Origin: Bacteroidales bacterium
GTDB taxonomy: Bacteria; Bacteroidota; Bacteroidia; Bacteroidales; UBA12481
Direction of reading: 5' to 3'
DNA: 64,000 bases
Assembly: GCA_023145515.1 (NCBI GenBank)
Contig: JAGLDP010000117.1
Coordinates: 1,736 to 65,735, forward strand
Positions 17,860 to 28,179 of this stretch are shown here, in pieces. Below the pieces are notes generated by a model. The model worked only from the letters and a program-made list of their open reading frames with translations. It made no database searches and was not told the origin of the DNA. Position numbers and translations under genes: made by a program. The stretch's first letter is position 1. Each line of letters begins with the position of its first letter.

Positions 17860-18405
17860 ATGATTATATCCAGAGAAAAAAGAAAAAATAATATTGCTGA
17901 GTACATATTATATATGTGGCAAATTGAAGACCTGATCAGAGCTTATAATTTCGACATTGAAAGAATTAACTCAGAGTTGGTAAGTCAATATGATGTTTCT
18001 GATAATGAGCGAACAGAGATTTTCTCGTGGTACGCCGGACTAGCAGAATCGATGCTTACTGAAGGAGTCAGAAGCCATGGACATCTTCAGTATCTTGATA
18101 GTCTGGTTGAAGAGCTCAATGATTTTCATTTCAGATTGATTGATAGTTCTCACCACTCTGAATATCAGAAAAAATACATGACCACAGTTAGGGATATCAG
18201 TGAGCTCCGTCTAAAAATGGGAAGCAAGGAACGAATATCTGATATGGAAGTTTGTTTAACTGCCTTATACGGACTAATTCTAATGCGAATAAAGAAACGT
18301 AAAGTTTCTAAGGATACTGAGAAAGTATTCAACTCATTCAGCGAGCTACTTGCTGATTTATCGAAAACCTTTAAATCTTATGAAACCGGCACAATCGAAA
18401 TCTAA
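17860..18405 (+). CDS. conserved hypothetical protein (DUF4924-like)
   Basis: 181 aa, no signal peptide. The N-terminal NIAEYILYMWQIEDLIRA motif matches, from memory, the DUF4924 family that follows hslR in Bacteroidota. Not verified by search. Confidence 0.55.
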   Translation: MIISREKRKNNIAEYILYMWQIEDLIRAYNFDIERINSELVSQYDVSDNERTEIFSWYAGLAESMLTEGVRSHGHLQYLDSLVEELNDFHFRLIDSSHHSEYQKKYMTTVRDISELRLKMGSKERISDMEVCLTALYGLILMRIKKRKVSKDTEKVFNSFSELLADLSKTFKSYETGTIEI

Positions 18406-18416
18406 TATTACTTGTT

Positions 18417-21263
18417 CTATTTGACAAACTGCAAGTAAAATGTTTCGCTTTGTTTCTTATCAACTGCCTTAACCCCTTCGCTTAGCCATGCAGGAGCAGA
18501 TTCATCCTTAAGGTAGTAATCAAAAAACTGTTTCATTCTAACGCTCAAATCCTTTCGGTTTGAAAGCTTTTTTGTAAGATTATGAGGACCATTATTATAG
18601 TTTAACAACCATGCTGGTTTTCCAAGACGCCGAAGTGCTACAAAAAATTCTACACCTTGGGCAAAGGGTACTGCCCCATCATTATCATTATGTCTAATCA
18701 AGCAAGGTGTGTTACACTGCGGGGCGTAGAAAAGCGGACTGTTTTCAAAATACTCAACTGGTTTCTCCCAAAGAGTTCCACCGATTCTACTCTGTCCTTT
18801 TTCATACTGAACCTGGCGACACATACCACTTGCAATTCTAATACCTCCATAAGCTGAAGTCATATTGCTTACAGGCGCACCCGGCGATGCTGCGGCAAAC
18901 AAATCAGTCTGTGTAATAATATAGGCAGCCTGATAGCCCCCCCAACTCTGTCCTTGCAACCCAAGGTGATCCATGTCTATATATGAAAACTCCTTACCCA
19001 AAGACATTACACCACTAACAATGGAATTGAATGCTGAAGGACCGGGTTGTCCGATCTTAAAATACACATCAGGCATAAAAACAAGGTATCCATTTGATGC
19101 ATAGAATGCTGCATTAATAGTACTTGAACTGGCTCTTGGAGAAATATACCGGTACAATCCATCAGAATGCAAACGGTAGAAGTAAACCATCATTGGATAT
19201 TTCTTATTTGGGTCAAAGTTTTCAGGTTTATAGAGCAAGCCCTGGTGACTAAGCCCGTCGTAATCAGACCACTCAACCAATTCACATGTAAGCCAATTAT
19301 ACTCATCCTGCTGTGGATTTGTCTCAGACAATTTCTTAATATCCTGAAAATCAGGATTACTAACATAAAGATCAGGATAATCTTTTACCGTGCTGCGAGT
19401 CCAGATAAAAGTGTCAGCATTTTTCGACTTAGTCAGTATACCATATCCATACTTACCCATCACTATAGATTCTGGGTTACCAGCATTCAATTTCATCCTG
19501 TAGAATCCTGATTCTTTTGATTCGTAATTAAATGCTTTAAAATAATAGAGACTATTTTCATTCAGAAATTTTTCTTCTCTATCAAGTCTTGAGTACCTTA
19601 AGCGCAGGTTATTTTCGCGACCAATTTGTCTGGTTTTATTAATGGCTGGTTCTTTCCCTTGGGGATCAAATTTCCATATATCAAATTTGTCATAAATATA
19701 CCAGGCAGCATCATTCTCTGTCCATCCCATTGCTCCATAGCTTCTGGTATCTGCAGGAACGTCATTATTATCAATAGCAAAACTCACATCCAAGCCTTTA
19801 GTAAGATTAACTATCTCTTTACTCTTGATATGATAAGTATAATAATTGCTATCCTTTGGCTCCCACCAATACAAATAATTACCATAAGGTGAAATCGCTG
19901 GAGAGAACTCCACCGTTTCAAAGATCAGTTCATCTTCTCCTGTCTTCAAGTTGCTTAGATAAACATCCTTAACCGACTTGAAATTCACTTCGTTTGATAA
20001 ATCGTAAGGATTCTCATTCAACGCTAATGCATGCTTAGCATCACCAAGTTTCACTATTCTGAATGATTCAAGAAAACCTTCTTCTCCCAATTGGATGAAT
20101 TTTCGCTTTTTCAAATGAATTACAGCCTGAAAAGTTTTATTTTTCTCACGGGCTACTTGCTTTAGTTGCATTGATTGGAGAATCGGATCTTTCCAGTGCC
20201 ATATATCAATATACACCTTCTCATCAGAAAGGAGGCTATCTTTAGGTTCCTTAGCGGTATCAGGCTTCTCAGAAGTTCCAACAAACAGCATTTTCCCATC
20301 TTCAGAAAACTGAAGTCGACCGTTCTCTGATACCACAAAGCCATCAGGCATTCCATCTGTTAAAGAATCAGCTAATAATCTTGCCTGGTCCATCTTACTA
20401 TCCCAATAATAAAGGCTGTAAACCTTAACTTTAGTTGTATCCTCAGAATGGAGGAAAGCCAATCTTGAAAAATACTCATCTCCTGAAACCTTTTTTGTCA
20501 CCCCTTCTTTTTCCCATATCATTTCCACTTCTCCAGATTCAGTATCGAGTATATGTATTCTGGAGGTATTTACTGAATCCTCCTCAATACTGGTCGCCAC
20601 CATTACATTACCTTTTCGTCCAAATTGATAATCCGTCACATTTTCAAAAGATAAAGTATCACCATTTACAGGATACAGAACATCTAGCTTTGCCCCCTTA
20701 TACTCCTTCTTCTTCTTTTTCGACTTTTCAACTTTTTCGGCCTTTTTAACTTTTTCAGCATCTTCAAGCTCTTCATTCTTTTCAAGATCTTCGACCTCTT
20801 CAACCTCCACCATAAAGGCTACTACTGACTGACCTTTTGCCGGCACTTTGAAAGACTTAAGGTTTGCCCACTTCAAAGTTTTACCAAGACTTGGAAGATA
20901 TATTGCCAGGCTATCTTTTGGCATTTTATCTTTCTTGACTTTATCAAGTTTAGCCTGCCTGACAGTATCAGCAAAGACTTTTATTTTAAAGGCAATAAAA
21001 TCACTATTTGGTGAAAAAACAGCTCCATCTCCACGAGGAAATATTACTTCCTGATCAGAGTTCAGCTTAAGAAAATGCAAATACCCATCTCCAAGCGAAG
21101 GATTTATTTCAAATGAGACAAATTCGCCATTTGTGGATATCATACTTGATGATAAGGACTTCCACTGGTCGTAAACAGTGTAATCTAAGGCCGGCTTAAC
21201 ATTTTGTGCTATAACACCCTGAATCAGAATCGATAATACGAAAAGCAGAGATAGTTTTTTCAT
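18417..21263 (-). CDS. S9 family (prolyl oligopeptidase-type) serine peptidase with N-terminal beta-propeller region
   Basis: 948 aa with a signal peptide. C-terminal hydrolase domain with GQSWGGY nucleophile, NDNDGAV Asp and GPHNL His. Internal Lys/Glu-rich linker. Confidence 0.85.
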   Translation of the reverse strand: MKKLSLLFVLSILIQGVIAQNVKPALDYTVYDQWKSLSSSMISTNGEFVSFEINPSLGDGYLHFLKLNSDQEVIFPRGDGAVFSPNSDFIAFKIKVFADTVRQAKLDKVKKDKMPKDSLAIYLPSLGKTLKWANLKSFKVPAKGQSVVAFMVEVEEVEDLEKNEELEDAEKVKKAEKVEKSKKKKKEYKGAKLDVLYPVNGDTLSFENVTDYQFGRKGNVMVATSIEEDSVNTSRIHILDTESGEVEMIWEKEGVTKKVSGDEYFSRLAFLHSEDTTKVKVYSLYYWDSKMDQARLLADSLTDGMPDGFVVSENGRLQFSEDGKMLFVGTSEKPDTAKEPKDSLLSDEKVYIDIWHWKDPILQSMQLKQVAREKNKTFQAVIHLKKRKFIQLGEEGFLESFRIVKLGDAKHALALNENPYDLSNEVNFKSVKDVYLSNLKTGEDELIFETVEFSPAISPYGNYLYWWEPKDSNYYTYHIKSKEIVNLTKGLDVSFAIDNNDVPADTRSYGAMGWTENDAAWYIYDKFDIWKFDPQGKEPAINKTRQIGRENNLRLRYSRLDREEKFLNENSLYYFKAFNYESKESGFYRMKLNAGNPESIVMGKYGYGILTKSKNADTFIWTRSTVKDYPDLYVSNPDFQDIKKLSETNPQQDEYNWLTCELVEWSDYDGLSHQGLLYKPENFDPNKKYPMMVYFYRLHSDGLYRYISPRASSSTINAAFYASNGYLVFMPDVYFKIGQPGPSAFNSIVSGVMSLGKEFSYIDMDHLGLQGQSWGGYQAAYIITQTDLFAAASPGAPVSNMTSAYGGIRIASGMCRQVQYEKGQSRIGGTLWEKPVEYFENSPLFYAPQCNTPCLIRHNDNDGAVPFAQGVEFFVALRRLGKPAWLLNYNNGPHNLTKKLSNRKDLSVRMKQFFDYYLKDESAPAWLSEGVKAVDKKQSETFYLQFVK

Positions 21264-21275
21264 GTAATATTTTAT

Positions 21276-22694
21276 TTAAAGTGGCTTCACTAAGAGCCTG
21301 GGTTCAGTCATTTCTTCAATTGCATATTTGACTCCCTCTCTCCCCAATCCTGAGTCTTTTACTCCTCCGTAAGGCATATGATCAACTCTGAATGTAGGAA
21401 CATCGTTTATTATCACTCCTCCTACTTCCAGGTTATTAAAAGCCAGGTTCATTTCATCTATTTCATTTGTAAAAACACCAGCCTGTAATCCATATCGGGT
21501 TTCATTAATCAAGTCAATTGCTTCAGCCAAATCATTAACCGGTTCAATAGAGACAACCGGTCCGAATATCTCAAGAGCACAAACTTTCATTTCATTTCTT
21601 GTATTGGTAAGAACTGTTGGTGGGTAATAGTTTCCTTCTCTAACTCCTCCACATAGCAATTTTGCTCCATTATCAATTGCATCATTAACCCAATCTTCAA
21701 CACGTTTGGCATTGCCTTCATCGATCATCACAGAGATATCTGTTTCGGAATCAACTGAGCTGCCATACTTCAAGTTCATTGTTTGTTTGATAAAAACTGA
21801 AATAAATTGGTCAAAAACCGACTTCTCCACATAGATTCTCTGAACGTGAATGCACACCTGACCTGAGAAAGCAAATCCACCCATAACGCAGCGACTCACA
21901 GCATTTGGCACTTCTGCTGATTTCCCTACATACACGCCAGCATTGCCACCCAATTCAAGTAACACTTTTTTCTTTCCTGATCGGGCTTTCATTGCCCACC
22001 CCACTTCAGGACTACCAGTAAAGCTCAATAGTTTAATGCGTTCATCGGTAACCAGCTGATCTCCTAATTCACGTGAGAGGGGCAAAATTGAAACTCCACC
22101 CTTGGGTAGTTCAGTTTGGTCAATCAACTCTGCAAATTTCAAAATTGACACTGAAGTTTTACTAGCAGGCTTCAGAATAATAGGATTTCCGGCAGCAATT
22201 GCAGGAGCTATTTTATGTGCAGTTAAGTTCAAAGGGAAATTAAAAGGTGAAATACCAGCTATCAGTCCAACAGGAAACCTCCTGATCCAGGCTTCCTTTC
22301 CTTCACCTGAAGGTGTCCAGTCTAATCTCATGTACTCCCCACTTATTCGTTTGCACTCTTCCGAAGCAATCTGATAAGTTTGTGCAGCCCTATCAACTTC
22401 GCCAAGGGCATATTTCATTGGTTTTCCAGACTCCATCGCTATTAAGCGAGCAAATTCATCTCTATTCTGCCTGAGACCGTTTGCCAACTGGTTGAGAACA
22501 GATGATCTGACGTGAACTGGCAATTCGCGCATAATCTTTTCTGCCTTTAAACCTGCCACTATTGCCTTTTCAAGAAGCTCTGGAGAAGCTTGACAAACCC
22601 GTGCAAAAACCTGATTATCTGAAGGATTCAATATATCAACCGAAGTATCGCTTTCAATAAAGCTACCGCCGGCATATATTTTATGTGGAATCAT
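21276..22694 (-). CDS. NAD(P)-dependent aldehyde dehydrogenase family protein
   Basis: 472 aa. FTGSPEVG, ELGGNA and the catalytic Cys context FSGQVCIHVQR. Substrate not assignable from sequence alone. Confidence 0.9.
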   Translation of the reverse strand: MIPHKIYAGGSFIESDTSVDILNPSDNQVFARVCQASPELLEKAIVAGLKAEKIMRELPVHVRSSVLNQLANGLRQNRDEFARLIAMESGKPMKYALGEVDRAAQTYQIASEECKRISGEYMRLDWTPSGEGKEAWIRRFPVGLIAGISPFNFPLNLTAHKIAPAIAAGNPIILKPASKTSVSILKFAELIDQTELPKGGVSILPLSRELGDQLVTDERIKLLSFTGSPEVGWAMKARSGKKKVLLELGGNAGVYVGKSAEVPNAVSRCVMGGFAFSGQVCIHVQRIYVEKSVFDQFISVFIKQTMNLKYGSSVDSETDISVMIDEGNAKRVEDWVNDAIDNGAKLLCGGVREGNYYPPTVLTNTRNEMKVCALEIFGPVVSIEPVNDLAEAIDLINETRYGLQAGVFTNEIDEMNLAFNNLEVGGVIINDVPTFRVDHMPYGGVKDSGLGREGVKYAIEEMTEPRLLVKPL

Positions 22695-22749
22695 AATTGA
22701 ATTATTAGCTAAAGTAACTAAAAAGGTTTGACCAGAAAGTTAAAAATTC

Positions 22750-22757
22750 TAAATTTG
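22750..22757 (+). promoter_or_regulatory. -7 type promoter box TAaaTTTG 5 nt from the ATG of the hypothetical secreted protein
   Basis: The box ends at 22757 and the ATG is at 22763. Confidence 0.35.
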
Positions 22758-22762
22758 AAACA

Positions 22763-23449
22763 ATGCAAAAGTCTATATTTATTATCTTGTTTTTAGTGTT
22801 TTCATTGAGCTTATCAGGCCAATCAGATTCGCTAATCAGAGTCAAATACACTCCTGAGTTTAGATTTCATGATGGCATATTTCTGCATTTTAATCAAGTG
22901 AAGAACAATAAACCGATTCCTGCTTCCCTGATTTCCTCCAATACTGATCCATACGACATGAACTTTTTCAAAAACCTTGTTGAGGAGAAAAACATTGTAT
23001 ATTTCGATGCATTCGGATCTCAAAATGAGGTTAGTACTGACAACATTTGGGGGTTTGCCCAAGATGGGAAGCTTTACATAAATTACAATGGTGAGTTTAA
23101 TCGCATTCCCATAATTGGACGTATAGGTCATTTCATTGCCGATATCACTGTGTACGAGTCGTTTAACGACCCATATCGTTCAGACTATTCAAGCTATTAT
23201 TATAACTCATATTCTAATCGGCCTTACAACAGGCCATCCCGATCAAAAGAGATGCGGCAATATATTGTCAACTTTGAAACCGGACAAGTACTTGATTACG
23301 AAAGAGCAGAAGTAAAGGTTATTCTCATGGAGGATCCTGAACTTTTCGATGAGTTTTCAGGTCTCAGGAAAAGAAAGCAAAAGGATTTAATGTTTTTTTT
23401 CATCAGAAGATACAACGAGAAACACCCATTATTTTTCCCTATCAATTAA
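22763..23449 (+). CDS. hypothetical secreted protein
   Basis: 228 aa with a signal peptide ([20 protein letters not shown]) and a Tyr/Ser/Asn-rich low-complexity stretch ([17 protein letters not shown]). No recognisable domain. Confidence 0.6.
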   Translation: MQKSIFIILFLVFSLSLSGQSDSLIRVKYTPEFRFHDGIFLHFNQVKNNKPIPASLISSNTDPYDMNFFKNLVEEKNIVYFDAFGSQNEVSTDNIWGFAQDGKLYINYNGEFNRIPIIGRIGHFIADITVYESFNDPYRSDYSSYYYNSYSNRPYNRPSRSKEMRQYIVNFETGQVLDYERAEVKVILMEDPELFDEFSGLRKRKQKDLMFFFIRRYNEKHPLFFPIN

Positions 23450-23468
23450 TATTTATACTACCTGCTAC

Positions 23469-24869
23469 ATGGCACAAAAACCTTCCATCCCAAAAGGTAC
23501 CAGAGATTTTGGTCCGGTACAATTAATGAGACGAAATTTCATCTTTGAAAGCATAAAAAGTGTTTTTAAGAACCATGGATATCAGGGCATAGAAACTCCT
23601 GCCATGGAAACTCTTACCACTCTCATGGGTAAATACGGAGAAGAAGGGGATAAACTCATTTTCAAGATCCTGAATTCCGGAGATTTTGCTGCCAAGATTG
23701 GCATGGATGATTTTGTCAGTCTCCTTGACAAAGAGAACCCAACCTTAAGAGTATCAAAGAAAATGACTCCACAGATTTCTGAAAAAGCTTTACGCTACGA
23801 TCTGACGGTTCCATTTGCCAGGTATATTGTTCAACACCGACACGAAACAGTATTTCCGTTTAAAAGATACCAGATTCAACCTGTTTGGAGGGCTGATCGT
23901 CCCCAAAAAGGACGCTACAGAGAGTTTTATCAATGTGATGCAGATGTTATAGGCAGCACTTCCCTACTGAATGAAGTTGAATTAATCCAGATTATAAAGG
24001 AGGTATTCAATAGCATTAACATCAGATTTGTAATTAAACTCAATAATCGGAAGATCCTGGCCGGAATTGCAGAAACTATTGGTCAGGCCGATAAGATCAT
24101 TGATATTACAGTAGCTATTGATAAACTGGATAAAATTGGACTAGAAAAAGTAAATCAGGAATTGATAAACAGAGGTCTGCCTACGGATGCTGTTAGCAAA
24201 CTTCAACCAATACTCCATCTCACCGGTGATAATCTCTCGAAGCTGGATCAACTGTCTGATGTATTAAAAGACTCAGTTACAGGAATGAAGGGGATTGCAG
24301 AAATAAGAACTGTTTTATCGCATTGCTCTGACTTGGACTTAGAAGATCTGGTTGAACTAGACCTTACACTTGCAAGGGGATTGAATTACTATACTGGAGC
24401 TATCATTGAAGTAAAGGCTTTGGATGTTGCAATGGGTTCGATTTGTGGAGGAGGACGTTATGATGATTTGACTGGAATATTTGGTTTGCCAGATGTTTCT
24501 GGTGTTGGAATATCTTTTGGTGCAGATCGGATTTATGATATCCTGGAGAGCTTGGATGCTTTTCCTGACGATGCACTTCTTTCCACCATGGTTCTTTTTG
24601 TCAATTTTGGAGATAAAGAAATCACTTCATGCCTTCCTATTGCTTCTTCTCTGCGTCGCGCAGGAATTTCAACTGAAGTGTATCCTGATTCAGCTAAAAT
24701 CAAAAAGCAGATGAGCTATGCAAACAGCAACTCTATCCCATTTGTAATATTAGCCGGAGAAAATGAGCTTAGTGCTGGCTCATTAACGATCAAGAACATG
24801 AAAGAAGGAACTCAGGAAAGTGTACCAATTCAGCAGATTACTAAATATATTCTGGAACAATCACAATAA
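23469..24869 (+). CDS. hisS: histidine--tRNA ligase
   Basis: 466 aa. Class II aaRS motifs ([33 protein letters not shown]) and a C-terminal anticodon-binding domain. Confidence 0.95.
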   Translation: MAQKPSIPKGTRDFGPVQLMRRNFIFESIKSVFKNHGYQGIETPAMETLTTLMGKYGEEGDKLIFKILNSGDFAAKIGMDDFVSLLDKENPTLRVSKKMTPQISEKALRYDLTVPFARYIVQHRHETVFPFKRYQIQPVWRADRPQKGRYREFYQCDADVIGSTSLLNEVELIQIIKEVFNSINIRFVIKLNNRKILAGIAETIGQADKIIDITVAIDKLDKIGLEKVNQELINRGLPTDAVSKLQPILHLTGDNLSKLDQLSDVLKDSVTGMKGIAEIRTVLSHCSDLDLEDLVELDLTLARGLNYYTGAIIEVKALDVAMGSICGGGRYDDLTGIFGLPDVSGVGISFGADRIYDILESLDAFPDDALLSTMVLFVNFGDKEITSCLPIASSLRRAGISTEVYPDSAKIKKQMSYANSNSIPFVILAGENELSAGSLTIKNMKEGTQESVPIQQITKYILEQSQ

Positions 24870-24899
24870 TAAATCATTTGTCTGCTTCATTAAGTTTTC

Positions 24900-24907
24900 T
24901 ACCTTTG
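24900..24907 (+). promoter_or_regulatory. -7 type promoter box TAccTTTG ahead of the ammonia-lyase gene, giving a leader of about 150 nt
   Basis: 154 nt upstream of ATG 25062. Confidence 0.4.
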
Positions 24908-25061
24908 GTGCAAGTCCTAACACCATGAAGTGGATTCTTGATTATATGATTCAAATAAACCGAACCGGGCTCTTTTCGATTTGTTAAAGATCTTGCTTTC
25001 CCTGAATTACATTTTCCAAATTTTATCCCTTTCCTTTCATTAACATTTTAAGACAAATACT

Positions 25062-26594
25062 ATGAATCCACTTATTATAAAAGGATCAAATCTTTCTATA
25101 TATGATGTTCACGAGGTAGCCAGAAATGGCCGTAAAGTTGAATTAAGCCAGGAGTCAATCAATAAAATCAATACCTGCCGATTAATGCTTGAGAAAAAAA
25201 TTAATGCCGGTGAGATTATGTATGGCATTAACACTGGGATTGGTGAGTTCTCAGAAGTTATTCTGAATGACGACCAGGTCAATGACTTCCAGAAGTACTT
25301 GATTTACAATCATGCAGCAGGTATTGGAGATCCTGCACCACTTGATTATGTCAGAGCTGCCATGCTGGGTAGGATTAACGTTCATTCGCATGGAAATTCG
25401 GCTTGTCGGTTAGAAATAACACAAACTCTTGTTGACATGTTAAACAAGGGTGTTACGCCCTATGTTTGCCAGAAAGGATCTGTTGGTGCCAGCGGCGATT
25501 TGGCTCCAATGTCGCAAATTGCACTACTCATGATGGGAGAAGGAGAGGCATATTTTGAAGGCGTGTTAATGACGGGCAAAGAAGCATTGGATAAAGCAGG
25601 GATTCCAGTACCCGGACTACAGGCAAGGGATGGTTTGGCAACAATCAACGGATCAAACTTTCTGACCGGCATGAGTGCTTTATGGTTGGTGGATGCTGAC
25701 AATTGGTTACGCCAGGCAGAGATTGCTGCCTCAATGTCACTGGAAGCATTAAAGGCTAACATGAAGCCTTATACAAGATTATTGCATGAGGTACGCGGAT
25801 TTGCCGGGGCGATAAGGAGTGCAGAAGCAATAAATAAATGTGTTTCTGGTGGTGATTTGAAGGAAGGCCGTGTTCAATGCAAGGTACAGGATGCTTATTC
25901 AATGCGATCCACTCCTCAGGTTATTGGTTCAGCACATGACACCCTTAAATGGGCACGCTCACAAGTTGAGATTGAATTAAACGGAGTTGGTGACAATCCA
26001 ATTTTCTTTCCTGAATTGGATTTGGCTCTGTCTGGTGCAAACTTCCAGGGAACACCAGTTTCCTTACCAATGGATATAGCAGGTGCTGCTATCACCATGG
26101 TTAGTGTTATGTCTGAAAGAAGAATGAATAGATTAAATAATCCTGCTCTAAGTGTAGGATTACCAGCATTCCTGACAAAAGGAGCAGGCATGTTTTCAGG
26201 CCTTATGCTGAGTCAGTACACTGCTGATATGCAGATTGTGGAACAGCGAATTCTATCAGCACCCGCTTCAATTCAATCTATTCCGGCAGCAGCCGACCAA
26301 GAAGACTTTGTTTCAATGGGAATGAATACGGCGATCAAGAATTTTCAGATTCTGGACAATGCTTTTGGAATTCTTGGTATTGAGTTTATGGCAGCTGCTC
26401 AGGCTTTGGACTTCAGGAAGACTGAGTACAAATTTGGAGCAGGAGTTAACCGCGCCCATGAAATTATAAGAAAGTACGTTGATTTTCTGGATATTGATCG
26501 TCCTTTATATAAAGATCATACCACAATGAAGGAATTGGTTAAATCAGGAGAAATTGTAAAAGAAGTAGAAGCAACAGTAGGGTCTCTGGCTTAA
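25062..26594 (+). CDS. aromatic amino acid / histidine ammonia-lyase family (MIO-dependent) enzyme
   Basis: 510 aa. GSVGASGDLAPM contains the Ala-Ser-Gly triad that forms the MIO cofactor. GINTGIG and NHAAGIG motifs. No hutU or hutI in the window. Confidence 0.85.
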   Translation: MNPLIIKGSNLSIYDVHEVARNGRKVELSQESINKINTCRLMLEKKINAGEIMYGINTGIGEFSEVILNDDQVNDFQKYLIYNHAAGIGDPAPLDYVRAAMLGRINVHSHGNSACRLEITQTLVDMLNKGVTPYVCQKGSVGASGDLAPMSQIALLMMGEGEAYFEGVLMTGKEALDKAGIPVPGLQARDGLATINGSNFLTGMSALWLVDADNWLRQAEIAASMSLEALKANMKPYTRLLHEVRGFAGAIRSAEAINKCVSGGDLKEGRVQCKVQDAYSMRSTPQVIGSAHDTLKWARSQVEIELNGVGDNPIFFPELDLALSGANFQGTPVSLPMDIAGAAITMVSVMSERRMNRLNNPALSVGLPAFLTKGAGMFSGLMLSQYTADMQIVEQRILSAPASIQSIPAAADQEDFVSMGMNTAIKNFQILDNAFGILGIEFMAAAQALDFRKTEYKFGAGVNRAHEIIRKYVDFLDIDRPLYKDHTTMKELVKSGEIVKEVEATVGSLA

Positions 26595-26598
26595 ATGC

Positions 26599-27090
26599 CT
26601 ATTTTCTCCCTGTAGTACCTCTTCGTTTATCAGGTCTCGTACCAAACTCACCTGATTCTCTTAGTCTCTGAATCATGTGACTCATGAAACTTTGTTCAGC
26701 ATGATGCAGAATAAAGACCTTCTTGATTGGCAGAATAGCCTGGAATTTTTTATGATATTCAAGTGCAAGTTTGGCCATCTTAAGATCACCCTGAATCTTA
26801 GCATCCATCATCTCTTTCATCTGAGTATCTGACAAACTATCCATATCTAATCTTCGCCATTGTGGACGACCTTTCTTCATCATTGTTTCTCGCTTGTTCT
26901 GGTATTCATTGTATATCGGCCAGAATTTTTCAGCCTCAGTCACTTCAAGATCCAATTTCTGAGTCAGGTAAGCCACTCGCTCTGACTTATACTTTTCAAA
27001 ATATTCATCAAACCTTCTGCCCTGGCGCTGTGCCATTAAGAATATAGGTACAGAAATAAGAATCAGGGTTATAATTAATCGTCTGTTCAT
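26599..27090 (-). CDS. periplasmic helical protein, third gene of the ECF sigma module (Spy/CpxP-like by composition)
   Basis: 163 aa with a signal peptide and a Lys/Glu/Gln-rich helical body. Directly downstream of the putative anti-sigma gene. Family assignment is tentative. Confidence 0.5.
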   Translation of the reverse strand: MNRRLIITLILISVPIFLMAQRQGRRFDEYFEKYKSERVAYLTQKLDLEVTEAEKFWPIYNEYQNKRETMMKKGRPQWRRLDMDSLSDTQMKEMMDAKIQGDLKMAKLALEYHKKFQAILPIKKVFILHHAEQSFMSHMIQRLRESGEFGTRPDKRRGTTGRK

Positions 27091-27101
27091 AATATCTATT
27101 T

Positions 27102-27533
27102 TTAATATGCCATTTCAATCATAGCATCTATAATAATCATCTCATCAACATCCATCCATTCTACAATATCAATAGCATCATCTTGTGCATCATCTGCCGG
27201 AAGCAATTTATTATCTGCCATCATAGTAGAAAAAGAAGCATCATCCATATCCTGAGCATAATAAGCAAGAACCTCATACATAGCCTCTTGATTCATCAAG
27301 ACTTGTTGAGGTTTCATATAAAACTGCTGCACCCCAATAAATCCCATAATAAAGACTGCAGCAATACCAGTTATCCACCTAATCACTGGCATTGGAATAA
27401 TTCTCTTATGGATTAGGTTTGACTCGGCAGCAATTCTATCCATCATCCTTCCCTCAAAACTTTCAAAATATCCATGAGGAACTTTGAAGGGATTATCTTT
27501 AGCCTTGTTTTGCCAATTATTTGAATCTTTCAT
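27102..27533 (-). CDS. putative single-pass membrane anti-sigma factor
   Basis: 143 aa with one central TM segment (WITGIAAVFIMGFIGV). Lies immediately downstream of the ECF sigma gene. The call rests on context only. Confidence 0.5.
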   Translation of the reverse strand: MKDSNNWQNKAKDNPFKVPHGYFESFEGRMMDRIAAESNLIHKRIIPMPVIRWITGIAAVFIMGFIGVQQFYMKPQQVLMNQEAMYEVLAYYAQDMDDASFSTMMADNKLLPADDAQDDAIDIVEWMDVDEMIIIDAMIEMAY

Positions 27534-27583
27534 TTTATTTATCCTTGTCTTCTTTCAATTAGACTAACTCTCACTCAATTGGT

Positions 27584-28123
27584 TTAATCTTCTTTAAATG
27601 CTTGTTCGATCTTTTTCACAGCATGATGATATGATGCCTTAAGGGCTCCGACTGAAGTATCAAGAATCTCAGATATATCCTGATATTTCATCTCATCGAA
27701 GTACTTCATTTGAAAAACTATTTTTTGTTTTGCTGGCAGGGTTTCAATCACTGCATAGAGTTTCTTCTGAACATAATCACCATCAAAATACTCATCTCCC
27801 TCCAGTTGGTTAACCACTACTTGATCAGGATCATCCATTCTCAATGCAAGTCGCTTTTTTCTTTGATTAAGAAAACTAAGGGCTTCATTGCTTGCTATCC
27901 TGTAAATCCATGTAAATAATCCGCTGTCACCTCTGAATTTTGGTAAGGCCTTCCAAATTTTCACAAAAGTATTCTGAAGAACATCATCCGCATCATCATG
28001 ATTTGTAACCATTCGGCGGATATGCCAGTATAGTCTTTCTTGGTAAACCTGCAATAGCTCTGTGAAGGCCTTCTCTTCCTGGCCTTTTTGCTTATACAGT
28101 ACTATTATCTCTTGGTCAGTCAT
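27584..28123 (-). CDS. ECF-type RNA polymerase sigma-70 family factor
   Basis: 179 aa. Region 2 (DADDVLQNTFVKIWKAL, WIYRIASNEA) and region 4 HTH (MKYQDISEILDTSVGALKASYHHAVKKI). Confidence 0.9.
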   Translation of the reverse strand: MTDQEIIVLYKQKGQEEKAFTELLQVYQERLYWHIRRMVTNHDDADDVLQNTFVKIWKALPKFRGDSGLFTWIYRIASNEALSFLNQRKKRLALRMDDPDQVVVNQLEGDEYFDGDYVQKKLYAVIETLPAKQKIVFQMKYFDEMKYQDISEILDTSVGALKASYHHAVKKIEQAFKED

Positions 28124-28179
28124 AAAAGTTTTCTGATGACCTTATTTAGACAGTAATAAATCGAGAAGGTTTAATCTGC

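Noticed and set aside
24925-24987. 20-codon upstream ORF (MKWILDYMIQINRTGLFSIC) in the ammonia-lyase leader
   Set aside because: It has no enrichment for His or aromatic codons that would suggest attenuation, and nothing marks it as translated. It is kept only as a note under the leader finding.
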